From a virus: a stretch of 64,000 nt of DNA. The translations under genes were made by a program, and so were the position numbers. The notes under the pieces were generated by a model. That model did no database searches. It was given only the letters and a program-made list of their open reading frames with translations, and had not been told where the DNA came from. Positions 49,679 through 58,854 of the stretch are shown one piece after another. The stretch spans positions 1 to 64,000 of the IMG/VR virus record IMGVR_UViG_3300008108_000181, one strand, 5' to 3'. Every line of letters starts with the position of its first letter. Position 1 is the first letter of the stretch.

Positions 49679-50830
49679 TTAAATCAATGCTTTTTTGTTA
49701 AAATCACATTGAAGTAATTTAAATAAATCTCTAATCTCATTGTTTTTAAAAAAGTTTAAATAATTGTGAACTATTACATCTTGCATTTCATTCTTTAATT
49801 CTTTCAATTCATCCAAATTTAATTCGGATATAGTTTCCATCACCTTTACTATTTTATTAAATCGTTTTTTTAAATCAGTTTCAGTATCATAACTCTCATC
49901 CCACCAATTACTAAATGTTTTATAACCCAATTCATGTAATTTATTTAAAGTAAAAGGATTTCCAAATACAATAAAAGGTTGGCATAGGTAAATGGGTTTG
50001 TATGTTTTTTCGGATATAAAAAGTGAATCATTATCATATAGAGTTTCAGTAACGATATTTAAAAAAGATTTTAAATGAGCATCTACATTTAATCTTGCAC
50101 CTCCACCTATTTTTTGATTATCCCAACGAGGGACATCATAATAATAGTTTTTATCAACACCTCGTAATGTTGTAATAGATTTATTTTTAAACTTTGAATT
50201 AGTAGTTAATTCATTAAACATTAATAATCTATTTTCTCTAGCTATACCGTTGAAACATAAAAAATGAAATTCAAAATTGGTATTCAAAAATTTAGTATAT
50301 TCAGTTTGATGTGAATTTACTTTTATTGAATCCAATTTAGATATTGATAGAAAGTTTATATGGTTACCAAAATAGTTGTAATTGATTATAGTAAAATTAT
50401 TATTTGAAAATTGAATTAGGTTTGAGGTAATTACAATAACATCATCCTTTGAAAAATTATATTTTTGACATAAGTCATTTATCCAATTCACACACGAAGT
50501 ATTGAAATATCCTTCAAGTAAATAAGCAAAAACAATTTTACATTTTTTGAGTTTAATTGATGCTATTAAATTTTCATCTAAATCAATAGTTTTATGATTG
50601 TCAAATAACTTATTATCAAATAGTATTATGGGATATATAAAATTTAAATTATTTTTAATAAAAAAATGAATACTACTTTCTTTAAAATTACCTAAAGTAT
50701 TATCTAATAAATTTGAAATACTTGTTTTGCCACTGATAATCCAATCAGGTTCGATATCATAGTTGTGTAAGTTTAAATAAGATGTATTATCATAACCAAC
50801 ATTTATTAATAAGTTTTTTAAATCACTCAT
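49679..50830 (-). CDS. Putative glycosyltransferase-like protein (GT10-like motif)
   Basis: FLCFNG..R.NR...SFLNIVTET...FISEKTYKPIYLCQPFIVFG...GYKTF..WWDESYD. Confidence 0.55.
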   Translation of the reverse strand: MSDLKNLLINVGYDNTSYLNLHNYDIEPDWIISGKTSISNLLDNTLGNFKESSIHFFIKNNLNFIYPIILFDNKLFDNHKTIDLDENLIASIKLKKCKIVFAYLLEGYFNTSCVNWINDLCQKYNFSKDDVIVITSNLIQFSNNNFTIINYNYFGNHINFLSISKLDSIKVNSHQTEYTKFLNTNFEFHFLCFNGIARENRLLMFNELTTNSKFKNKSITTLRGVDKNYYYDVPRWDNQKIGGGARLNVDAHLKSFLNIVTETLYDNDSLFISEKTYKPIYLCQPFIVFGNPFTLNKLHELGYKTFSNWWDESYDTETDLKKRFNKIVKVMETISELNLDELKELKNEMQDVIVHNYLNFFKNNEIRDLFKLLQCDFNKKALI

Positions 50831-51447
50831 ATCAAATCAGGTTCAAAGTACTTTTTATAAAAAATTTCAGATAATGATTTATGTGATTTAAATGAAAGAT
50901 GATAATCTACTATTTGTCCTTCAGTTGCATCTTTTATAGTTTCAAGACCTTTTAAATCAGTCTGAACATTCCATAAAATTACTTTTTCACATCCCTTTTG
51001 TATGAGGAGTTTTTTAATCCATTCAAATCTTTTTATCTGTCTATTCTTATATAAAATGTTATCTGCAAAGTAATACTGGAAATTTATGATGGTTTCAAAT
51101 TCATCATTCGTTAATCCATTTTCGGTTTTACTTTTTGAAAAATCGTGAACTATGGACTCAAAATGATTATTAATTGGTACATCAAATCGGTGGGCGTGTG
51201 TCATTCCAATAAACACATAATCATCTTTACTTATCTCTTTCCACGTATCAATTATAGTATCTATGATTGTATCGTTTGAACTTCCATTCTTTCCAAGATT
51301 TTTTAGTTCAACATTTAATTTATCACTTAACCATACTGGCCAAACCCCATCTCCTGATTTGTAATAACTTTCATAATACTCATCATTTGGATGACACCCA
51401 TGTCCTGCAGTATTACTATCACCAAATGTCCATAGTGTAGATTTCAT
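50827..51447 (-). CDS. SGNH/GDSL hydrolase-like protein
   Basis: FGDSNTAG, NLGKNGSSN and DYHLS. Confidence 0.65.
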   Translation of the reverse strand: MKSTLWTFGDSNTAGHGCHPNDEYYESYYKSGDGVWPVWLSDKLNVELKNLGKNGSSNDTIIDTIIDTWKEISKDDYVFIGMTHAHRFDVPINNHFESIVHDFSKSKTENGLTNDEFETIINFQYYFADNILYKNRQIKRFEWIKKLLIQKGCEKVILWNVQTDLKGLETIKDATEGQIVDYHLSFKSHKSLSEIFYKKYFEPDLI

Positions 51448-51884
51448 AATTTAGAAGTATAACCAATACTTTCAACTAACTCAAACACAACATTATTCCA
51501 ATCTTCTATTTCAACATGGATTGAATTATATTTTTCTAACATAACACCACTAACTTTTCTGTAAAACCAAGTTGGTGAATACTTTGGTCTTGGTATTTGT
51601 TTGGTGACATATAAGTTATAACCAAAACAAGTATCTGAAGTAAGTTCTTTAAACCAGACATATCCAATTGGTGTATTGTTTAATTTTAATAAAAATAAAT
51701 AATGTTTTGATTCTAATCTTAATTTGCAATCATCTATATCAAACATCCCATCCCACTTATATTCTGAATTAAATGAATCTATAAGTGATTGAATATCGGA
51801 AATATAATTTTCTATATCCACTACAAGATGAGTGGTTAGTTCTTCTTTTATAAAATTATCTTTATGTAAAATATATTTTCTCAT
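51444..51884 (-). CDS. Putative GNAT-fold protein
   Basis: PIGYVWF...YNLYV...V...N....L.ESIGY pattern. Confidence 0.45.
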   Translation of the reverse strand: MRKYILHKDNFIKEELTTHLVVDIENYISDIQSLIDSFNSEYKWDGMFDIDDCKLRLESKHYLFLLKLNNTPIGYVWFKELTSDTCFGYNLYVTKQIPRPKYSPTWFYRKVSGVMLEKYNSIHVEIEDWNNVVFELVESIGYTSKL

Positions 51885-52621
51885 CAGAATAATGTTTTTA
51901 CATTTTTTACTTTATCATAAGGTAAATAAATAGAATCATATTTTTCTTTAAATTCATCATTAAGTTTTAGTTTTGTATCAAAGTGTTGGCTAGTATTTAT
52001 ATTCATTAATTTAAAATCCATATTTAATTTATTTGATACCCACTCTTCTAATTTATACAACTCATTAAAATCAAACCATATTATATTAGGGTCATGGTTG
52101 TGCCACTTTGAATACGGAAATAATAAAATTTTTAACCAGTTTATACCATGTTGATTAACATTTAATTTATATTTTTTTATAAAAACTTGAACAATTACTT
52201 CTACACTTTCTGCTGATTGTAAGTCATATTTTTTATACCATAATAATTCATCAATAGTAAGATTTGATAATTTATTAAATGTATCTAAATGATTATATCT
52301 ATGAAACATTTTTAATATATGTTTCCATAAGGATATAAATCTTTCATACTTATTTCTCTTAACAGATATAACATCATAATGATATCCAAATTTTTCTTTT
52401 AAAATACGTATTTGCTCATGACCATGTACAAAGTCTATATCAAACTCTTGAAAATTTATTTGATTTATATTATCATATTGAGTGTGAATTAATTGATTTT
52501 CTATATTAAACTCGGTATGATAGTGTTTAATTTCTAAATTTTGTTTTACACATGATGCCATAAATGCAGTAGATGCACATCTTGGTAATGATAAATAAAT
52601 AAATTTATTTTCTACTAACAT
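51884..52621 (-). CDS. Sulfotransferase-like protein
   Basis: FIYLSLPRCASTAF (PSB-loop variant) and SVKRNKYERFISLW. Confidence 0.6.
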   Translation of the reverse strand: MLVENKFIYLSLPRCASTAFMASCVKQNLEIKHYHTEFNIENQLIHTQYDNINQINFQEFDIDFVHGHEQIRILKEKFGYHYDVISVKRNKYERFISLWKHILKMFHRYNHLDTFNKLSNLTIDELLWYKKYDLQSAESVEVIVQVFIKKYKLNVNQHGINWLKILLFPYSKWHNHDPNIIWFDFNELYKLEEWVSNKLNMDFKLMNINTSQHFDTKLKLNDEFKEKYDSIYLPYDKVKNVKTLF

Positions 52622-53269
52622 TTAAATTATTGATTTTAAGTCTGTTTGTATTATACTAACATTACCAGAAACTGAAATTCTCTCAACTCCTTGTGTGTAA
52701 AATGGTGATACATAATGAATCAAATATGATGGAAATATAATTACCTCTCCCTTTTTAGGAGTGTGTTGAATCAAAGCTGATGGGGATAACAAATTATTTA
52801 CCAATTGAGTGTAAGGGGTTACATCGAGTTGTGTATTATTTCCATAAAAAAAAGATATTGTACCTGGTCGATATGATGCTTCACTAAATGGTTGTTCATT
52901 TATTATTTCTTGTGGGAAATCTAAATAAATTACAAATGATATTTCTCCATTATGATGTCTGTGTGGTGGATTATGTTCACCTGATTTTTGTCTATTAATC
53001 CATAAACTATTTAATGTTGTTTTATAGTTCGAATGGATAATACCTCTTTCAATTCGAATCCATTCGATATATTCTTTAATTTTTATTAATATATCTGATT
53101 CAAATTTCTTTTTTAATAATTCAGAATACGTTTTTTCGTTTTCAATATGACCAGCTAGGCTTGATTTAGCATCATCTCTTTGTTGTACACCGTCTAATAA
53201 CAAATCTGCCCTTAATTTTTCAGAGATAGTACTAATTAATACAGGTGGTCCAAATTTTAATTCTTTCAT
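52622..53269 (-). CDS. 2OG-Fe(II) oxygenase-like protein
   Basis: WINRQ..GEHNPPHRH...ISFVIYL...IIFPSYLIHYV...RISVSGN. Confidence 0.8.
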   Translation of the reverse strand: MKELKFGPPVLISTISEKLRADLLLDGVQQRDDAKSSLAGHIENEKTYSELLKKKFESDILIKIKEYIEWIRIERGIIHSNYKTTLNSLWINRQKSGEHNPPHRHHNGEISFVIYLDFPQEIINEQPFSEASYRPGTISFFYGNNTQLDVTPYTQLVNNLLSPSALIQHTPKKGEVIIFPSYLIHYVSPFYTQGVERISVSGNVSIIQTDLKSII

Positions 53270-53298
53270 ATCAACTTATATGTTTTTTTTTTAGAAAA

Positions 53299-54042
53299 TT
53301 ATATTAGTGTTTTATTATTTTTTTGAATATCATAATAATCATAAATGTCATTATATCTTTTTATAAACTCATCATTTAATTTTAATTCACATTCAAAATG
53401 CTGACTTCCATTTGATTTTTCCATTTTAAATGGTTTATTGGTTTTATTAGATACCCAATCCTCCAATTCTGTAAAATTTCCAAAATCAAAGTATTTTATT
53501 TTTGGATTATTATTATGCCAATACGATGTTGGTCTAAATGCAATTTGTAACATATTGATAAAATAATCATCAACGTATTTTTCAATACCATTTCTTTTAC
53601 AAAACTCAATAAATACTAATTTTTCAGATTCATGTGAAATTAAATCGAAAGTTTTAAAAAATAATATATCATCTAAATTTAATTTTTTAAGTATATTTAC
53701 CAGTTCAATTGGATACCGATACCGTAATCGTTCCATTTCTACCATATCAATTGTGTGCTTCCATACCGAAATAAATCTTTCATATCTATTTCGTTTAATT
53801 GATATTATATCATATTTGTTTCCAAATTTATCAATTAACTCACTTGATTTTTCGTGAACATGAAATATATGGTCAGCTAATTCTTCATTATTCATAGATA
53901 AATCTATAAAATGTGCCGATTCATCATACCGTTTTTGATTAAAATGATTTATTTCAAATCCATGTCGAATACATGATATATAAAAAGAAAAAGATGCACA
54001 TCTTGGTAAAGACACAAATAAAAATTTATTTTCTACTAACAT
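53299..54042 (-). CDS. Sulfotransferase-like protein (paralog of 51884..52621)
   Basis: MLVENKFLFVSLPRCASFSF...IKRNRYERFISVWKH, clearly similar to 51884..52621 along its length. Confidence 0.6.
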   Translation of the reverse strand: MLVENKFLFVSLPRCASFSFYISCIRHGFEINHFNQKRYDESAHFIDLSMNNEELADHIFHVHEKSSELIDKFGNKYDIISIKRNRYERFISVWKHTIDMVEMERLRYRYPIELVNILKKLNLDDILFFKTFDLISHESEKLVFIEFCKRNGIEKYVDDYFINMLQIAFRPTSYWHNNNPKIKYFDFGNFTELEDWVSNKTNKPFKMEKSNGSQHFECELKLNDEFIKRYNDIYDYYDIQKNNKTLI

Positions 54043-54687
54043 TTATATCAATGATTTTTGTTTTTTTATATATTCAAATCCAGTATTTCCAGCAAATACT
54101 ATTCTATCTATGTTAGATTTTGGTGCATTATTAGCAGCATGGGGAAGTGATGCCTCCATTATTATTAAATCATCTTCTTCTGGTCTAATCCAATAATCTT
54201 CTCCAGTTTTTCCTTTTATATATAAAACACTATCATCTCCTTCTACAATATCAGGCATTTGTATATAATATACCCATGTGTAATGTGGAAAAAAACCTTT
54301 TTGTTTTTTTTTAATTTCAATATGAGTATGGTATCTAGTATCATCTTTTGTTATGTGATACACATCATTATCTCCTTTTACAAATTCGCGTTGTACTGGT
54401 TTTTTTGAACGAGTTACATTTATCCACGCATCTGCATTAAATTTATTGTATATATTATAATTTTTAATGTATAGTGATTTACACATCTTCCAACTTTTAT
54501 TCATAATTTCATCAAATATAGCATCCATACCATCATAGTATGGATATGCATCGACCTCTTTAAATGGACTAAAAAAATCTTCCATTTCCATTTTATAAAA
54601 CCATTTTAATAAATGTTGTTTATTATCTAACATATTTAATTTTGTTTTCCAAATATAGGTAGAATTATCAAAATATATCTTTTCCAT
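54043..54687 (-). CDS. 2OG-Fe(II) oxygenase-like protein
   Basis: WINV...YHTH...YTWVYYIQMP...P.EDDLIIM...LPH......RIVFAGN. Confidence 0.65.
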   Translation of the reverse strand: MEKIYFDNSTYIWKTKLNMLDNKQHLLKWFYKMEMEDFFSPFKEVDAYPYYDGMDAIFDEIMNKSWKMCKSLYIKNYNIYNKFNADAWINVTRSKKPVQREFVKGDNDVYHITKDDTRYHTHIEIKKKQKGFFPHYTWVYYIQMPDIVEGDDSVLYIKGKTGEDYWIRPEEDDLIIMEASLPHAANNAPKSNIDRIVFAGNTGFEYIKKQKSLI

Positions 54688-54688
54688 A

Positions 54689-55969
54689 TTATATAATATT
54701 TTTGTATATAGTATTTCTTTCTATAATAAAGTTATTATGAATTATACTTTTTAAAAATGAATTTTCATTGTTAATAAAACTCATTAATTTACTATGTGTG
54801 GTATTACTCCAATCAATACATAGCTGTCTATTAGTTTCATAATTTTTCATAAATTCTTCTACGAATAAAACAAATTTTTCAGGATTACCGTTTACCCTTT
54901 TTATTTCATTATAAAATGGATGTGAATGTGTATCTAATATTTCAGATACTACATCTAATGGATATTGATGAGTAGATATAAAAGGAATGTTAGCCAGTAA
55001 GAATCCATATGTTTTTTCAGATAAATAGTTTGATGTAAAATCACCTTCTTTCCAATCCCAAGTTTCGGATAGTATATGCATTTTAGACATAGGAAGAATT
55101 CTCATCAAATAATCCAAATAATGCTCTATGTTTTCAATCCAAGATATATCATCAAAATCATCTCCTTTATTAATATTGTAGTTGATATTTTTTTCTAATT
55201 GTTTAGAATACATAGTAAATTCTTTATTAATACAATTATCTACTCTCGAAAGATATATTCTTTCATCATTTAGTTTTGCTAATCCATTTATGATACTAGT
55301 TCTATTTCTCTTATGATACCTCATAGAAAAACATAAATCATACGGTTGATTTAATTTACTAAATATGTTTTTAAATTCATAATACCAACGAATTGATAGG
55401 AGTTCATTCCATTGATGTATTGTATTTGTCAAACAAAAAAAATGATTTGGATATTTGGTTTTCACGAACTCGTTAAAGATTACATTATCTGTTATGATAA
55501 AATGATTTTTTAATCTATCTATCTGAACCTCCAAATCCATCACATTTGGATAGTTAATCCCATCATATTTAATGATAGATTTTTCAGTTCGTAATAAAAA
55601 AATAAACCAATTACTTTTATTTTCCAAAGTATCGGCTATCCATTTCATTATTGGAATATCATTAATACCAAATTCTGCTCCCCATTTTCCACGATGAGAA
55701 GTATCACCTTCTTTACGATTTACACAATCAATAATTTTTAACTTATCATCTTGGTTTATTTGTTCTAAACAAGTTAAAAAATCTAATATATGATATCCAT
55801 CGGTATTATCATTTATAAAAGGATTGAATACTAATTCCAAATCTTGCTTTTCATATCTGCAAAAAATAGAACCAATATTATTAGTTAGTTCATATCTCCT
55901 ATTAGTTGTTTTATGAAACAACTTATAAAAAAGAGAAATGGAATAAAAATGATGAATGTAAAATTTCAT
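54689..55969 (-). CDS. Putative glycosyltransferase-like protein (GT10-like motif)
   Basis: HILSETW...YLSEKTYGFLLANIPFIS. Confidence 0.45.
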   Translation of the reverse strand: MKFYIHHFYSISLFYKLFHKTTNRRYELTNNIGSIFCRYEKQDLELVFNPFINDNTDGYHILDFLTCLEQINQDDKLKIIDCVNRKEGDTSHRGKWGAEFGINDIPIMKWIADTLENKSNWFIFLLRTEKSIIKYDGINYPNVMDLEVQIDRLKNHFIITDNVIFNEFVKTKYPNHFFCLTNTIHQWNELLSIRWYYEFKNIFSKLNQPYDLCFSMRYHKRNRTSIINGLAKLNDERIYLSRVDNCINKEFTMYSKQLEKNINYNINKGDDFDDISWIENIEHYLDYLMRILPMSKMHILSETWDWKEGDFTSNYLSEKTYGFLLANIPFISTHQYPLDVVSEILDTHSHPFYNEIKRVNGNPEKFVLFVEEFMKNYETNRQLCIDWSNTTHSKLMSFINNENSFLKSIIHNNFIIERNTIYKNII

Positions 55970-55993
55970 TAAAAATAATAACCAATTTTAATA

Positions 55994-56377
55994 CTAAATT
56001 ATTTTATTTTTTCTGATATCCCAGTATGTTTGCCAATATTTAGTTCCATAATCATGACACAATTCATCATCTGGTTCAATTTCCTTTAATGAATAAAATT
56101 CAATAAATTTATCATCTTTTACTTTCCAATTGATATTAGGAGAATCTGAATGATTATAAATAGCACCATACCCTAATGGAAAGATTCGTTTGGTGGTGTG
56201 TTCATCAATTTGAAACAAATAATCTAGTAATGGATTGATATTAGAATTATAAATTGGTAAAAAATAACAAGTTTCAACTATCTCACCTATATTAATTTTT
56301 TCCAAAGTAAATACACCAAAACCCTTTACTTCGTCTATATACCTTATTTCTAATTTAATTTTATTAAAAATTTTCAT
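55994..56377 (-). CDS. SET-domain methyltransferase
   Basis: KGFGVF....I..GE, YNHSDSPN and EI.PDDELCHDYG. Confidence 0.85.
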   Translation of the reverse strand: MKIFNKIKLEIRYIDEVKGFGVFTLEKINIGEIVETCYFLPIYNSNINPLLDYLFQIDEHTTKRIFPLGYGAIYNHSDSPNINWKVKDDKFIEFYSLKEIEPDDELCHDYGTKYWQTYWDIRKNKII

Positions 56378-56405
56378 TTATTAAAAAAATAAGCACAACC
56401 CTTAT

Positions 56406-56687
56406 CTATATTAAACTATTTTTTTGTTTTCGTGTATTTCCAAAGACATCGGAATCTTCAACATCTAACCATTTATGAAGAGGACACGCATCGTATCTTG
56501 GTGAGAATATTTTTTTACTAATAGGACACCCACACTCATCACATTTCAGATACCCACCAATCCCAGTAACCTTCTTATCACATCCGTTGCATATCTCTAA
56601 TCGTCCTTCTGCTAATTTTAATTGAGATTCGGTGGGATTGTTAGCTATAATCCAAGACTCTGCTATCTCCTTTACTTTATCAAACAT
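56406..56687 (-). CDS. Small Cys-rich metal-binding protein (DUF6171-like)
   Basis: RLEICNGC...CDECGC...CPLHKW. Confidence 0.65.
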   Translation of the reverse strand: MFDKVKEIAESWIIANNPTESQLKLAEGRLEICNGCDKKVTGIGGYLKCDECGCPISKKIFSPRYDACPLHKWLDVEDSDVFGNTRKQKNSLI

Positions 56688-56705
56688 ATAACTAATTATT
56701 AATTA

Positions 56706-56855
56706 TTATAAATGGTTTTCCTTTACGGCATTTACAAATAAATTAATTTTATCTGAAATAGCCGATTTTACAGCAGAGTTTGTATTTATTCTCTGTCTTT
56801 TAAATAATTCAGTATAATCTGAATATGTTATATTTTTGTTAATTTCGGTTGCCAT
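56706..56855 (-). CDS. Small hypothetical protein (49 aa)
   Basis: MATEINKNITYSDYTELFKRQRINTNSAVKSAISDKINLFVNAVKENHL starts 2 nt after the stop of the 645-aa gene. Confidence 0.55.
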   Translation of the reverse strand: MATEINKNITYSDYTELFKRQRINTNSAVKSAISDKINLFVNAVKENHL

Positions 56856-56856
56856 A

Positions 56857-58794
56857 TTAATTTAGTTTTTTAAATTCTACATCTATTTTATTGTAATCAA
56901 CTACATATAATCCATTTTCATTTAAAGATAATGAATCTTCATAATTAGTTCCAATCAACTCTTGAGCAATAACTCCTTGATATAATCCTTCTTCGTTTTT
57001 GTAATTAAATTGATAAACATTTAACCCAAAATCAGATACACCAATTAAAGTCAAATTTTCTTTATATTGAATATCTGATTTTTGGTCATTACAATAAGCA
57101 GTATTTGATATATACCCACTATGCGGTAAGTAGGTAAATACCGCGGCATTTTTTCCATATACGACTCTTGAACATCCTCCGTAGTAATTCGACCCCCAAT
57201 AACCCGGACATGCAGTATTGTATGCATTATCAATGCAAGTATACCAAGCAACACAAAATGCTCCTCCGGCACCTCCGTGTGTATTTACAGCAGTCCAATA
57301 TCTACAATCATAACCAAAGTTATGTGTAACTAACCCATATCTACTTTGATTTTCAGTTTCTTCCAAAGTAAGGAATAAATCCAATTCTTCAAAATCCAAA
57401 GTGTATCCAGTAAATTTATCAAATCTAAAATTTACATTGGTTATAGTAGTAATAATTAATTGATTAGTAGTGGTATCGAAGGTAAGAATTTCATCACCGA
57501 CTTTTAACTCTGAATATGTTTGAAATTTAACATAATCACCATCTTTTACCATTATTTCGGCATGGACAACATCACTAAATGTAGAATTAGTATCAGTTTC
57601 AAATGTAACTAATACTCCATAAAAATCAGTAGTTGATTTGTTTTCTAAAAATGATGATGATACTTGATAATCTGTAATTATTGAATCATATGAAGAGGAC
57701 CACGCTACCAAACTAGGTGTATCACTTTCATCAGGTAATTCTGCAAATAAAATAGATTTTACTTCATCACCTATTTGTAAATTGGGTGCCAATTCAATAC
57801 TACCATCTGGTAATAGGACTTTAGTATTTTGGGTAGCACTTAACTTTATTGCAACTTGATTAGCTGTTGTATAAAATTTTTGAAGATATCTCATTCTATC
57901 CCAAGGTTGAACTTGATTGGTATCATCAAAATCTGCTGAAGATAGAAGTGGTAAAATTGTTGTTTTTTCTATAACTTGTAAGTTAATAATATCCAAATTC
58001 GAACCATATAATAAATCTATGCTTCTATATGTATTTAATCTACCATCAAATAAATCGGTATCATTGAAAATATATTCTTGGATATATTCATCAACTTCCA
58101 AATTAGATTTTAAACTATTTAATTCTTCAAGTGTACTAATCTTATATAATTTTGGATAGATTTTATTATCAGAAGGAGTTACTCTTTTTTTAATACAATA
58201 GTTAGGATGGTTTCCATTATCTCTTAATGTAGTACCAATACTATCTATACCAAATTCATTATCATCAATATAACATTTTGGAATAGAATTATTATCTGCA
58301 TCATACATTAACTTTAAAAATCCCCAATTATCTCTAGCGTAATTATCATCAATTAATGCAGTAGTATCAAATGATAATCGTATGATTAGTTTATCTTCTG
58401 TATCTTCTACAAAAGGAATGGTAGTAGAAGTGGCATCTGTGCTTATTGTTACTAATTCTATATTACTTCCAGATAAAAATGATTTTAAATACTGATTAAA
58501 AGTAAAATTAAAAGGTATGTTTGGTAATGAGTTAGCAGTACGATTTGAATTTATACTACGAAGTTCATTAAGTTCATAATTAAGTGTGTTAGCTGTTTCC
58601 GCGGACCTATTGGTTTCATTTGAAATTAATACAACTTCTGTAAAATTATTTGAAATTACAAAATTTTCAAATGATGCTGAATCAAAATTAAGAGACCATT
58701 GGGTATCTAATTGAATATTTGTATTTGTTTCTAATGCTTTGAAGGTACCATCGGTATCTTTCATAAAATCAGTACCTATAATAACTGCTCTCAT
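56857..58794 (-). CDS. Multidomain self-processing protein: ATP-grasp-like domain, Hint domain, Cys-rich peptide, peptidase S74 domain
   Basis: GTDFMKDTDGTFKALETNTN and YCIKK...EYIQEYI (ATP-grasp-like). SATQNTKVLLPDG...LQIGDEV...ELKVGDEI...LVTHN (Hint). SDIQYKENL...VYQFNY...YQGVIAQEL...VDYNKI (S74). Confidence 0.75.
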   Translation of the reverse strand: MRAVIIGTDFMKDTDGTFKALETNTNIQLDTQWSLNFDSASFENFVISNNFTEVVLISNETNRSAETANTLNYELNELRSINSNRTANSLPNIPFNFTFNQYLKSFLSGSNIELVTISTDATSTTIPFVEDTEDKLIIRLSFDTTALIDDNYARDNWGFLKLMYDADNNSIPKCYIDDNEFGIDSIGTTLRDNGNHPNYCIKKRVTPSDNKIYPKLYKISTLEELNSLKSNLEVDEYIQEYIFNDTDLFDGRLNTYRSIDLLYGSNLDIINLQVIEKTTILPLLSSADFDDTNQVQPWDRMRYLQKFYTTANQVAIKLSATQNTKVLLPDGSIELAPNLQIGDEVKSILFAELPDESDTPSLVAWSSSYDSIITDYQVSSSFLENKSTTDFYGVLVTFETDTNSTFSDVVHAEIMVKDGDYVKFQTYSELKVGDEILTFDTTTNQLIITTITNVNFRFDKFTGYTLDFEELDLFLTLEETENQSRYGLVTHNFGYDCRYWTAVNTHGGAGGAFCVAWYTCIDNAYNTACPGYWGSNYYGGCSRVVYGKNAAVFTYLPHSGYISNTAYCNDQKSDIQYKENLTLIGVSDFGLNVYQFNYKNEEGLYQGVIAQELIGTNYEDSLSLNENGLYVVDYNKIDVEFKKLN

Positions 58795-58821
58795 AATTGA
58801 TTTTTTTGTTTAAATTCATTT

Positions 58822-58832
58822 TATATAAATAT
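58822..58832 (-). promoter_or_regulatory. Putative late promoter motif ATATTTATATA heading the 58794-49679 cluster
   Basis: Same motif as seen before the structural genes. Confidence 0.6.
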
Positions 58833-58854
58833 ACCAAACCCCTAAAATAGGTAT

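Noticed and set aside
51884-54042. Diversity-generating retroelement-like repeat pair (similar 5' ends of the two sulfotransferase-like genes)
   Set aside because: The similarity reflects ordinary paralogy along the whole genes, and no reverse transcriptase is present in the window.
57319-57840. Classical splicing intein or homing endonuclease
   Set aside because: There is no endonuclease insert, and the residue after the terminal Asn is Phe rather than Cys/Ser/Thr, so it is treated as a cleavage-type Hint domain.
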